From NCBI GenBank assembly GCA_904063045.1, contig CAJFCJ010000002.1:2723891-2787890 (forward strand): a stretch of DNA of 64,000 nucleotides, in the 5' to 3' direction. Below the pieces are notes generated by a model. It was not told where the DNA came from. It worked only from the letters and a program-made list of their open reading frames with translations, and searched no databases. A program made the position numbers and the translations under genes. Shown one piece after another: positions 12,604-25,200 of the stretch (position 1 is its first letter; each line of letters opens with the position of its first letter). This DNA is from Dimorphilus gyrociliatus. Lineage: Eukaryota > Animalia > Annelida.

Positions 12604-15600
12604 ATGGCTGAGGTTCTCTACAGAAAAAATCCCATGTTTAAGCCTAAAGTAACTTTAAAATATACCATATATTATAAATTTCAATATTTTACATCTTATT
12701 ATTTTTTTTAGCAAGCCTGGAATGAGAAATCAAAGATATTTTCCTTTCCATTCCGACTGAACTCAAGGCTCCAGAAAGAGGATGATCATTATCAATATGA
12801 GACAAAATTTGGTCGATGTAAATCTGAAAGTAGTAAGTAAATTAATAAACAATTATAAATTGAAAATAGAAGTTTTTGATTTTCATTAAATTTTGCTTTC
12901 ATCTTTTAACTTTCTACTTTCAAAAATCAAATGAAAGAGAAGACAAGTTGGGATAAAACTTACGAATTTACCCAGGAAACGGCTTTTCACGGTGTGAAAT
13001 ATATAACAAGTGGACATAATATTTTCCGAAAGTATGTCTGATATTCTTATATCTCTGTTCAGAAGTGTTAATTCTAATCTATTCATATGTTTGTCTTGTT
13101 TGTCAACAAAAGGATATTTTGGGCGCTGTTCACATTTACTGCAGTTGCATTTTTCCTATATGTTCTTGGTCATAGGATAAAAACGTATAGAGCTTTTCCG
13201 AAAAGTGTAAACGTTGAAGTCGTTTACACAAATCGCCTCAGATTTCCAACTTTAACAATCTGCAATCAAAATTTCTTTAGGTATAAACATAGCAAACAAT
13301 TTAATAATACATAAAATAAACTTCTTCATCATTCATTCATTCTTTCTTTCAATCTTTCATAATGGAATTAAAGGACCACGAAGACTTTTGAAATGGGCTT
13401 ATTCGATAGAATTGAAGATGTTTTTGGAGGTTCTGAGGATTCAGGCATTTTATTAAAAGATTTTAATGAAGAAAGTTGCGAAGATAAGTTAATAAAAACA
13501 CCCAGAAAATACTTGAAAGGCTTCGAATCGTTATATAATAGTTTCAATGACGTCACTGAGAAAGTTTGTAAATCTTTGTGCCTTGATTTTGCGGATAAAA
13601 CTTGCAATTCTGTAACCTATAATTTAAAAACCAAAGTCTGTTATATAACACGAATAACGAAAGACACGGCTGGCTCCGTTTTAATCGACAGTAATGTGAC
13701 AAACTACTTTGAAAGAGAGAGATGCAATGGTAAGAACATTAGAATTTTGCTTTCATATTTTCAATAAAAAAGAAACGGTTGTTAAAGTATACTTTCGTTT
13801 TGAAAATAAGTCAGAAGGGGAGAAAGAGGTGTGCATAGAATGTTATATTCCATTACCAAAGGTTTACACAAGGTAGTATAAGAGATTCTGTGTTAATTTT
13901 TTATTATATATATATACAACTAATGATAAATAATAAATGAAAATATTCTGTGCATACATTTTTCAAACATTAAGTCTCGGGTTGATTAACAAAACTAAAA
14001 ACTACTATAATATATTAATTACAGGGGAAAAGAGTGCAGTATCTTGTAATTTTGATGATGATCAGGAGTTTTGTAAATTTTATCAAGATACCGATGACGA
14101 TTTTGACTGGGCAAGACATAAAGGGCAAACAGGAACTTTTAAAACGGGTCCAAGTGAAGATCATACAACGGGCAGAGGTTATTATATCTATGTTGAAGCA
14201 ACTAATAGAAAAGCTGGTCATTCAGCAAAGTTAATTTCTCCATTTCTACAAGCTCGAAAGAAAATTTGTATGGAATTTTATTACAAGTAAGATAAAGCTT
14301 TAGAATTTCTACTAACTAAATAGTTCGTTCTGTATTTCATTTAATTTTGCTTATGATCTTTCAAAAGCCTAATTTGATATGGTGAATAATTCACATCATG
14401 AATTACCTTTAGTTTTAAAAACATGAAATATAGTAAAATATTAAATACGGTCAGTTAAGCCATTAAGACAAAATGCATTCAATAGTTTAGAACAGCTAAC
14501 TTTTCCGCAAACACTTTATCCTTCTTTTCTTTATAAAATTTTTCGACTTTTAAGCGTCATCATCTGCTATTTATTCATATGTATTTCATTAATATTTTAG
14601 CATGTTTGGTGTTCAAGCTGGTCTATTAACGATTAAGCGGCGAGAAACCAATAAAGTGGAAAGTATTATTTGGTCTAGAACTGTTCCATCAGATACAACA
14701 GAATGGAGTAGAACTGTCGTTGAACTCCAACCTGGTCTTTTCCAAGTTGTTATTGAAGGCGTTATTGCGGATGGTCCTCTTGGTGATGTTGCTGTTGATG
14801 ACATTAGAATTGGAGATTGCAAAACAATACGTAAGCATATTTTTTATGCAATTGAGAAGATCTTATTTCAACATATCTTTAAATATTTAACTATGACGTT
14901 TTTCAGTTCCTGAATGTAAATACAACAAGTACGGTTCGGAGTTTCAGGGTTCTACATTTACATCAAGTAACACGAATAAATCATGCATCAAATGGACAGA
15001 AATGTTATCGGTTATAAATAAAACTGTGGTAAAAGAACGTTTCGAATTTCCAGGAACAAGTCTGGAAGAGGTTTTTATTCATCGTTCTTTTCATAAAAAC
15101 TTTCGATGTATATCTAAATCTTTCATTTTGAAGGCCGAAAACTATTGTCGAAATCCTAATCGAGATCCAAAAGGACCGTGGTGTTACGTTTCTACGGATG
15201 GTGAACGAGAGTATTGCGACATTCCCTTTTGCGGTACAAATTTATCATTAATCATTACTTTAACCAAATAGCATGATTCAAATTGAAACAATTCATCAAC
15301 AGCTTGTAAGAAAGATGATTTCTTATGCACAAACAATAATTGTATACCGAAGTACAAATTATGTAACGGCAAAGATGATTGTGGAGATAATTCCGATGAG
15401 GAAAAGACTTGCTGTACGAATATTTATTGCAAATTTAAACGACAATTTAAAATTCTTCTAATGTTTTGTAGCATCAAGCGCTAATTGCGATTTCGAGAAT
15501 ACTTTTGTATCTGGATATCGAAATAGAAACACTTCAACCAAAACCATTGAATGGAAAAGATTTAGAGGTTCTACGAAATCCAGTGGAAGTGGTTACAGCA

Positions 15601-18600
15601 ATTTAAGGTTTGATTACACTAAAAAATCCTCTCTGGGTCATTATATGTTGGTTGATTCGAGTGTGGCTGGACAACCAGTTGGCGAACTGGCACAGTTGCT
15701 TTCTCCAGTTATTAATGAAAATTCACAGCAAAATTGTTTAAGATTTTACTACTATATGTTCAATTTTCATGAAGATCCATCTAAAATGGGAAATCTAACA
15801 GTGAAGCTATACTTTAATGATTTAGACATTCGACCACTTTACCGTATTGTTGGCCGGCAACCAGATGGTTGGCAATCTGCTTGGGTTACAATTCCACAGA
15901 CAAATTTATCATACTCTCTTCTCTTCGAAGTAAAGATTGGAGAACAATTTACGTCCGATATTGCTATTGATGATATTAAATTAGATTTCGGGGAATCGTG
16001 TGAAGAATTGTTAAATATTCCTATTAAACCAGTGCCGCTCGATCCTGCAGAGTTTTTATGCAAATACGGAGATAAAATTAACAAAACGAAATTCTGTGAC
16101 GGAGTTGAGGATTGCCCAGACGGAAGTGATGAACTTCAAGACGAATGCATTCAGAGTGTGTAAACATAATTCTTGAATTATTTATATATATGTTTTGATA
16201 TTTTATAAAGGAAATAATGTATCCTGCATTTTTGACCATGATTATATGTGTGGATATAAAATTGAAGGTTTAAACCGAACTATGTGGCAAAAGAGCGAAT
16301 TAGTCATAGATGGCGGTAAGGTATCAGTTAGTGCCCATAGAGTTTAAAACATACAACCATTATCTGTTTTTAGTTAAGGAAAAGGTGATAGAGACTAGAC
16401 ATTTATTAAATTTTGGATTTGCGACTGAAGTAATTTCGCCAGTTTTTGAATTGAAGGAAAAAGGATGTTTGGAAATTAAAATTTATGTTAGATATTTGCG
16501 CAGTTTATTTTATAGATTTAGAGTTTACCAACAATATGAAAAATCGAGAAGACTATTATTAGAGTATGTTTGACAATAAGTTCAGCATTGAAACGTCTTA
16601 TGCATACCTATATGTAACTATGTTAATATATATTTTTTATATATTAGTTTGAATCCAGGAAACATGTTAGTAAAGAAATGGGATAAAGTATTAGTACCAG
16701 TACATCTGGGTAAAAGTAAAGTAGTGATTGTAAGACATTCACTTAATCCGTATCCATGGAAAGAATTTGGCGACTTTCTTGCTATAAAGGAAATACAACT
16801 CCATAATGAAAAATGTACAAGTGTTCGTAAGTATCTTATTGTTGACAAATGTTCAATATTTTATCATTTGTTAAGATATGGTCATTTTATAGATAAAAGT
16901 TGGGGAGGTTTCTCCAAAACATGTAAATTTAATTCTCCTGATCTTTGTGGATTTTCTCAAACTTATGATGATAATCATATTCGCTTCGCCTCAACCAAAT
17001 ATTATTTTGCGAGCGAAGGAATGGCTTCTCTAGCCCTAACAACCGATGTAACTGACATATTGAAACCTTATCGATTGATTTCACCCGAATTTAACATCAC
17101 AAAACCAAGTTGTTTTCAGTTCTGGTAAAAAAAAAAGTCAATTTTGTTTACTGTAAACTAAACCCCATTATAATTGAATCTTACAGGTTCCAATATAGTA
17201 CTATTCATTTAGATAAAAGCCAAGCCGCCAGGCAGTTTGCGGTTTATTGGGAGAGCAATGGAACAGAGGAAAAAATATGGAATATTAGTAAAAACGTACA
17301 ATTATACGGTACCAAATGGACAAAGGCAGAGTTGAAGGAAGGCTATGGTAGATTAATTTTTGAAGTTTTCGGAAAATTTCATTATAACTCAATAAATATT
17401 GTTAACTATACAATTACGGAAGGACACTGTCCACTGCCTGAAGGTACCTATATAATTACGTTAAAAATATCCTTTATCAATTTATTCATTAATTATATAG
17501 ACGTTTGCAAATCGACAAAGTACTGCTCGTCTGTTCCATATTGTATACAAAGCTATTTTTACTGTGATGGCATTCTAGACTGTCCAATGGAAGAAGATGA
17601 AAACAACTGTACTATTTGTGGGCATAGAAACACCAAATGGTGTCCAAAAAAAAAAGATGAGTTTTCAGGCTCAGGCTCATCGGGTGATAATGATCTCAAC
17701 TCTGGGTCAGGTTCAGGTTCAAACTCAGGTGGAAATGAAATACAGTCGGAATCAGGTTCAGGACTAGGATTAGGATTAGTATCAGGAGCAGGATCAGGAT
17801 CAGGATCAGGATCAGATTCAGGCTCAGGATCAGAACAGCGACTACAATTAAGATCAAAATCAGGATCAGAATCAGATTCTGAGCAGGATTCAAGCTCAAA
17901 TGAAAATGACTGGAAAAATCAAGACACATTTGACAATAATAATAAACTATCATTACCACAACTACCTGGTTTGTTCTTTACTGGAACTACAGGCTTAAAT
18001 GATAATCTTCAGGTAAATATATAAATTTTAAAAGTATCCATATAATCTAAGTAAATTATATTTAATGAAGTCCCAAAAACTCCTCTATTCTAATACATCC
18101 GATATTGAAATTGAAAGTTTAAAAATATGGGAAAAAATGAAAAATCAGACTATAGGAACAGTAGAATCAATAAGTATATTGCAATATTTTCAGTTCATTT
18201 ACAAACACACTTCCACTTAATTGTATCATTTGCATATTTAGCTGTAAACAATTTGAGAAGGTTTCATACAGATGCAGCACATGAAAAACAAAATCTCATA
18301 CATAAGTAAATCTATTTTCATTCTCTTAAATATCACTTATCAATAATTTCATCTACCATTTAAGATGTTCATGGGAAGGGGTTCCCTGCTCTCATTTAAA
18401 TTTTTCCTCTATTCTCACCGATTACGGTTATTGCCATACTTTCAACTGGAATGAAGACAACATACTAACAACAACAAAAACTGGTGAATTATCCAATACT
18501 TACACAAGCATTCTCCTTATCAAAAATAAATATTCATTAATTATTCAATATTTTTCATAGGTTCAAGTTCAGGATTGACTTTGATCTTAAATGTAGAAGA

Positions 18601-21038
18601 ATATGAATATATGAAAGGTCCGCAAAACGATGCTGGAGTTAAAATGTTTCTTCACAACGCAAATGAAGTTCCTTTCGTAAGAGATTTAGGTTTTGCAGCT
18701 GCTCCCGGTCTCCATTCACTCGTCTCTGTTCAGTATAGCGAGGTATTATCAAATATATGAAATCATATTTGTCTTGATTGAATACAAAACTCTATTCGCT
18801 ACAAATGTTTATAGAATGTTGGTTTACCGGATCCATGGGGCGTTTGTGGAACGAAACCATTAAAATATTTCCCAAAATATACTTATTCAGCTTGTGAGAG
18901 AGAATGTGAAACAGATGCAGTTGTGAAGCAATGCGGTTGCAGGAACTCTTTTATGCCACCGGAAGCTGATAGAAATCAAACGGTATATTGTACAACAGAC
19001 CAATATTTCAATTGCTTAGTTCATACAAGAGGTACTTTGGGATCGAATAAGAAAAACTGCAAATGCGTGGAGCCTTGTACAATAACGGGATATCAGTCTT
19101 CATTGTCTTATTCAGCAATATCATCTCTAAGTGTTGAAAAATTGTTGAGTATCAATACACAAACTCTGAAGAATAATTTTTATAAAGTAGAACATCTGAA
19201 ACAAAGAATTGCTGGTTCAAATTTTGTAAATGACTTGAAAATTTTAGAAAATGTTTTACATAGTTTTAATGCTCTGTACAAATATGCAAAAGTAAATACC
19301 TTATCGTATGAGAAGTCAATCTTCTATAAACTGAGAAGATGTATGGATAGGATGCTCTCAATCTATCGATCTGATATGGAACTGATATATCCTATTCTTA
19401 ATCAATATTACGATGCTTATGAAGAAGCTTATGGTACAAGTAGATTAGCCATGAAATCATCGTTTGAATCTATCCAAATTAAATCAGCTGCTGTTTTACA
19501 AAAAGCTCTAAACAGTTCAAAATACACTGATGTTAAGAATGATGAAATGATATCTTTAGTTGCCGAATATAATACCACAATTGATCTAATTGACCGCTTT
19601 CAGATTTATGTTGAAGAAAGAAAGTCTCCCTTTATTTTAAACGTAACGACAACTGATAAATTACCTCCAAAACAATATATCACTGAAAGTAGAGCTGAAC
19701 AGTGCGATGAATACAAAAAGAAAAATATTTTTCTAATAAATAGCATAATTCGTACCTTATCCCTTCTAGACGCAAAACAATTGAAATGGGAATTTAAAAG
19801 GGACTACTCCAGCCTTTCCAAAAACGGTAAAGAGTATATGGGCTGTTTAGAAGAATATTATTCAATTGTTAAACACTTTGGAGAATGGCAAGAAGAAAAA
19901 GAAAAAAGTATTAAAGCTTTACTGAGAGATGAAGGATTATTCCCGGAAATTCAAAATTTTGACTTTGAAGCAGAATGGGAAGAAATTGATTACGTGAAAG
20001 AAAAAGTACTTGATTTCATGGAAGAATATATGAAACATTCAACGAATAAACTCGATAACAAACACAATCTAGATTCTTCGATAATAAATCAAGCAATCAG
20101 CAATATTAATTCATTTATTCGTAAAATTCAAACTCGTCTTGTTGATACAATGAGAAACAAAGTTTCTGTGACTTCCCGTTCTATAAAAAGTGGCTATTCG
20201 GATGCTATCGAAAGAATCGAACGAATTTTTCCATATCAGAGTGAAAAGGGACGTGAAATTTTATCATCAATTTCGCAAAATCTGTCGATATGGTGGAGAC
20301 CGCGAGCAAACGTAGAAGAGCCATCGACGCCGTATCGAGGAGATCTCTATTTAAGTGTACATTACACTTTTGCATAGATAAGACAAGAATGAACATTCAT
20401 TTTTTGCAGATTCCAAGCAACTTGACGACGTTTCGCGAGAAATTGCTTGAAATTAATTTACAGGAAATCCTAGATGAATACTTTGCTCCTGTAAGAAGTT
20501 CTTTGGCTCATTTTGAAAACTTTATGTCTGATTTGGAAGCGAATTTAATTAAGCCATTACAACAATTATCAACTAGTATTAATGATTATATCATAAAAAC
20601 GAAGATAAATGAAAAGTTTGTTCTGTAAGTTGTTTAATGAATTGTATTCTCTTTTCTTTTTTATAGACGATTTTTCGATTTTACTGTCATATTAATAGAA
20701 CTAATTAAGAACTTTGTATGATTAAATTAGGGACAACTTTATTACTGTCGACGTCTTTTTTGCACAACTGAAATATCAAAAGATTGAACAACAAGTTGCG
20801 TATGATATAAGTAACTTCTTTAGTAAGTAGTTTTTATTAGGCTTTTATTATTTGCATAACATTTAATTTAACCTTTTATCAATGAATTATAGGCGAAGTG
20901 GGTGGTTTTCTTGGTCTTTTTCTTGGTGGGAGCGTTTTGAGTCTATTGGAATTATTTGATTTTATGCTTAACCTTCTAACCAGAAGATTGCATTTGAAAT
21001 CGTCGAAAGTTTCAGATTCTACTATCACGCTAAAATAA
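12604..21038 (+). CDS. Giant DEG/ENaC (amiloride-sensitive channel family) subunit, copy A, with PAN, 4 MAM, kringle and 3 LDLa modules; 25 coding exons, ~2,090 aa
   Basis: Exons 12604-12648, 12712-12832, 12938-13031, 13113-13280, 13374-13729, 14025-14286, 14601-14830, 14907-15070, 15134-15233, 15303-15413, 15472-16155, 16211-16315, 16374-16563, 16648-16826, 16893-17124, 17187-17443, 17501-18012, 18071-18173, 18242-18305, 18365-18483, 18561-18742, 18815-20356, 20410-20624, 20731-20822, 20893-21038 join in frame (6273 nt). Family motifs: pre-TM1 [13 protein letters not shown]; TM1 [18 protein letters not shown]; [13 protein letters not shown]; AAH; [20 protein letters not shown]; [13 protein letters not shown]; thumb Cys cluster; [24 protein letters not shown]; TM2 [20 protein letters not shown]. 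The acceptor at 12938 is weak; ATG 12931 is an alternative start. Confidence 0.9.
13374..18012 (+). other. Extracellular module array in copy A finger region: PAN/Apple, MAM, kringle, LDLa, MAM, LDLa, MAM (degenerate), MAM (degenerate), LDLa, Ser-Gly/acidic spacer (~1,130 aa)
   Basis: PAN: C..VCKSLC...[15 protein letters not shown]: [47 protein letters not shown]. Kringle with 6 Cys and NYCRNP..PWCY..YCDIPFC. LDLa: [33 protein letters not shown]. Confidence 0.88.
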
Positions 21039-22108
21039 CTATTGTCTATATATATATATTGTCTACATATACTTATTAATGTATTGTATGTATTAGTCAT
21101 TGTCAATAATAAATACAGGTTATTGAACTATTAACACGAAGACACCCAGATGCAAAGCAACATATTTGATATTGAGTGTGAATTTAAAGTATTGGAGCTT
21201 CCTATCAATTAGACTTGTAAATAATAGGGAAACGAACTAGTATTGTTAATTTTTGAAATAATGGACCTATTAATACTTTTAGAATTAAGTATAGTTATGC
21301 TACTGTACCGTATTTTAAATTATTCAAAAGATTATAATTCGATCCACTAAAAGGTTTCTATAAACAATATAACAACAGAAAAAGAAAAATTGTTATTATA
21401 AGTTTTGTCACGTTGTTCATGGTTTTCGTTGACCTTCCATAGCTATATAAAAAGATCATCCCTTCTTAATAAAAAAATGACGTAGTACTATTGATAAATA
21501 TAAAAGAGTTAAATAGAAAAAGAAAAGAATAGTGTAACAGGTAACAGCTCAAAAATTTATAATATCTATCAAACATTTATGAATAAAACTTTACTAATAC
21601 TCTTTAAAAATTATATTTTGTCATATGACTTTAATGAAATGGAACAACTTTATTCAATATAGAATGTTTTGTTTGTCAGTTTATTCTTAGCTCTCTGGAG
21701 ACAAACTTTTCTTTTATATCGAAGTTCACGGTAGGTAATTACGTTTTCGATGATTCACATATGGTGCATAGTTAGTGTTCAAGGGTTGATCATTCAGATC
21801 ATATCTATAGTAGACGCTTCATGTTTCTACGATACTGATTGCTGTTTACTAAACAGGTATTTAACCAATATTTTTCTCAATAAGTTTTTATAGAGTTAAT
21901 AGATGCATAATTTTTATTATTAACATATTCTGTTAGTTACAATTACAAATATATTTTATTTTACAAACGTTTACAGAGCAGAGAAGGGTTAGAGAGAACG
22001 TACATTCAGGAAAAGACACTTTATCAAAGAAAGAATAATCAACTTACTAATATTATGTATTAATTTCACTAAAAGCGAGATTCTAAGAAAATATACATAC
22101 ATATATAC

Positions 22109-22111
<3 letters not shown>

Positions 22112-22152
<41 letters not shown>
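22112..22152. repeat. (AT)n microsatellite just upstream of channel copy B
   Basis: Direct inspection. Confidence 0.95.
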
Positions 22153-22156
<4 letters not shown>

Positions 22157-22241
22157 TCTATAAATATAGGACACAGCATATATACCGAGTATTAATACTA
22201 AGAGAAGTTGAACAAGATAGATTTTCACATTTCTCATTTTG

Positions 22242-25200
22242 ATGGCCGATAGCAGTTTCAACAACGATTCCTTCTTTAAGCCAAAAGTAACATGGATTAA
22301 CTTGTTTTATATTACATATTGAAACTTTTTAATAAATAGTTTTATATTCGATTCTTATTCTTTCTTTCTTTATTTTCTACATTAATTCTACGTTTTGACT
22401 CTTTCTTTTAGAAGGCTTGAAAGGAAAAGACAAATATATTTTCTGCCCTTTTTCGACAGAGTACAATGGAACGTAAGAGGAGGCATACACAATGCTATGA
22501 AAGTAATAATACAGATTTTGATGGATGTAAATCTGAAAGTAGTAAGTAAATTAATAAACAATTATAAATTGAAAATAGAAGTTTTTGATTTTCATTAAAT
22601 TTTGCTTTCATCTTTTAACTTTCTACTTTCAAAAATCAAATGAAAGAGAAGACAAGTTGGGATAAAACTTACGAATTTACCCAGGAAACGGCTTTTCACG
22701 GTGTGAAATATATAACAAGTGGACATAATATTTTCCGAAAGTATGTCTGATATTCTTATATCTCTGTTCAGAAGTGTTAATTCTAATCTATTCATATGTT
22801 TGTCTTGTTTGTCAACAAAAGGATATTTTGGGCGCTGTTCACATTTACTGCAGTTGCATTTTTCCTATATGTTCTTGGTCATAGGATAAAAACGTATAGA
22901 GCTTTTCCGAAAAGTGTAAACGTTGAAGTCGTTTACACAAATCGCCTCAGATTTCCAACTTTAACAATCTGCAATCAAAATTTCTTTAGGTATAAACATA
23001 GCAAACAATTTAATAATACATAAAATAAACTTCTTCATCATTCATTCATTCTTTCTTTCAATCTTTCATAATGGAATTAAAGGACCACGAAGACTTTTGA
23101 AATGGGCTTATACGATAGGGTTGAGGATGTTTTTGGAGGTGTTGATAATACTGAATCTTCGAATGAAGAAGAAGGTAAGTAATAAAAATGATATATTCAC
23201 TTAAATAAAACATTTTACATATTTCTTATATTCAAAAAGAATGTCGGGATAATCTAATAAGACGGCCCCAAAAGTATCTAAAAGGCTTTGAATCCTTGTA
23301 TTTCTCTTTCAATGACGTCACTGAAAAAGTTTGCAAATCCTTGTGCTTGATATTTGCTGACAAGACTTGTAATGCGGTCACTTACAACTTAAAAACCAAG
23401 TCCTGTTACATAACGCCAATAACGAAAGATACAACTGGAGCACAATTAATTCATAGCAACGTGACAAATTATTATGAAAGAGAGAGATGTAATGGTAAGA
23501 CACATATTTCTATTTATCTCTTAGTCGACCTGTTTCTAAAAAATTAACTCATTGTTTGAGGAATAATTGTTTTAAAATAGACGCATGCAGAGACTATTAG
23601 ACTCTTAGAAGGAATCGTATAAATAAGTCAGAATATCTGAATGAATAATTAGTAGTCTACTGTTTCATTAGAAAACTTCTTAACAGTGATACTATCAGCT
23701 ATTCTATAATTTCTTAATTTCACCAACTTTAGGAGACAAACAACTAGTACAATGTGATTTTGATGAAGAGAGCAACAGCTTCTGTGAATTTTATCAAGAT
23801 GACAAAGATAATTTTGATTGGGCTAGACAAAAAGGAGAAACTGGTACATTTCACACTGGTCCTACTAAAGATCATACAACGGGCAGAGGTTATTATATCT
23901 ATGTTGAAGCAACTAATAGAAAAGCTGGTCAATCGGCAAAGTTAATTTCTCCATTTCTACAAGCTCGAAAGAAAATTTGTATGGAATTTTATTACAAGTA
24001 AGATTCAGTTATAACTTTTCTAAAAGAATATTACGAAATTGAAACTTTGTGTAGTATATATATTGTTACCATAAGTACATTCATATATAAATGAATAACT
24101 GATGACGATAAATATATTTATAGTCATTTCAAAAACACATTTTAACTAAATCTCTCTGAAATGAATATATAATATAAAATATTAAACATATTCCCTTATT
24201 GGTAATAAATATTGTTTAAAACCTTTTTCTCTATCTTAAATATTAATAAAAACTTTTGCAGTTTATTTTAATTTTCCTTTGCATGCTTCTGCTATTTATT
24301 CATATGTATTTCATTAATATTTTAGCATGTTTGGTGTTCAAGCTGGTCTATTAACGATTAAGCGGCGAGAAACCAATGAAATGGAAAGTATTATTTGGTC
24401 TAGAACTGTTCCATCAGATACAACAGAATGGAGTAGAACTGTCGTTGAACTCCAACCTGGTCTTTTCCAAGTTGTTATTGAAGGCGTTATTGCGGATGGT
24501 CCTCTTGGTGATGTTGCTGTTGATGACATTAGAATTGGAGATTGCAAAACAATACGTAAGCATATTTTTTATGCAATTGAGAAGATCTTATTTCAACATA
24601 TCTTTAAATATTTAACTATGACGTTTTTCAGTTCCTGAATGTAAATACAACAAGTATGGTTCGGAGTTTCAGGGTTCTACATTTACGTCAAGTAACACGA
24701 ATAAATCATGCACCAAATGGACAGAAATGTTATCGGTTATAAATAAAACTGTGGTAAAAGAACGTTTCGAATTTCCAGGAACAAGTCTGGAAGAGGTTTT
24801 TATTCATCGTTCTTTTCATAAAAACTTTCGATGTATATCTAAATCTTTCATTTTGAAGGCCGAAAACTATTGTCGAAATCCTAATCGAGATCCAAAAGGA
24901 CCGTGGTGTTACGTTTCTACGGATGGTGAACGAGAGTATTGCGACATTCCCTTTTGCGGTACAAATTTATCATTAATCATTACTTTAACCAAATAGCATG
25001 ATTCAAATTGAAACAATTCATCAACAGCTTGTAAGAAAGATGATTTCTTATGCACAAACAATAATTGTATACCGAAGTACAAATTATGTAACGGCAAAGA
25101 TGATTGTGGAGATAATTCCGATGAGGAAAAGACTTGCTGTACGAATATTTATTGCAAATTTAAACGACAATTTAAAATTCTTCTAATGTTTTGTAGCATC

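Noticed and set aside
17690-17900. TCAGGA-type repeat array considered as a CRISPR-like or satellite repeat
   Set aside because: Codon-level Ser-Gly repeat inside a coding exon; no spacers; eukaryotic context.
21691-21735. AG/GT-bounded fragment LSGDKLFFYIEVHG, vaguely like a MAM GxYxYIE strand, between the two channel copies
   Set aside because: Too short, with no flanking MAM sequence; chance similarity is likely.
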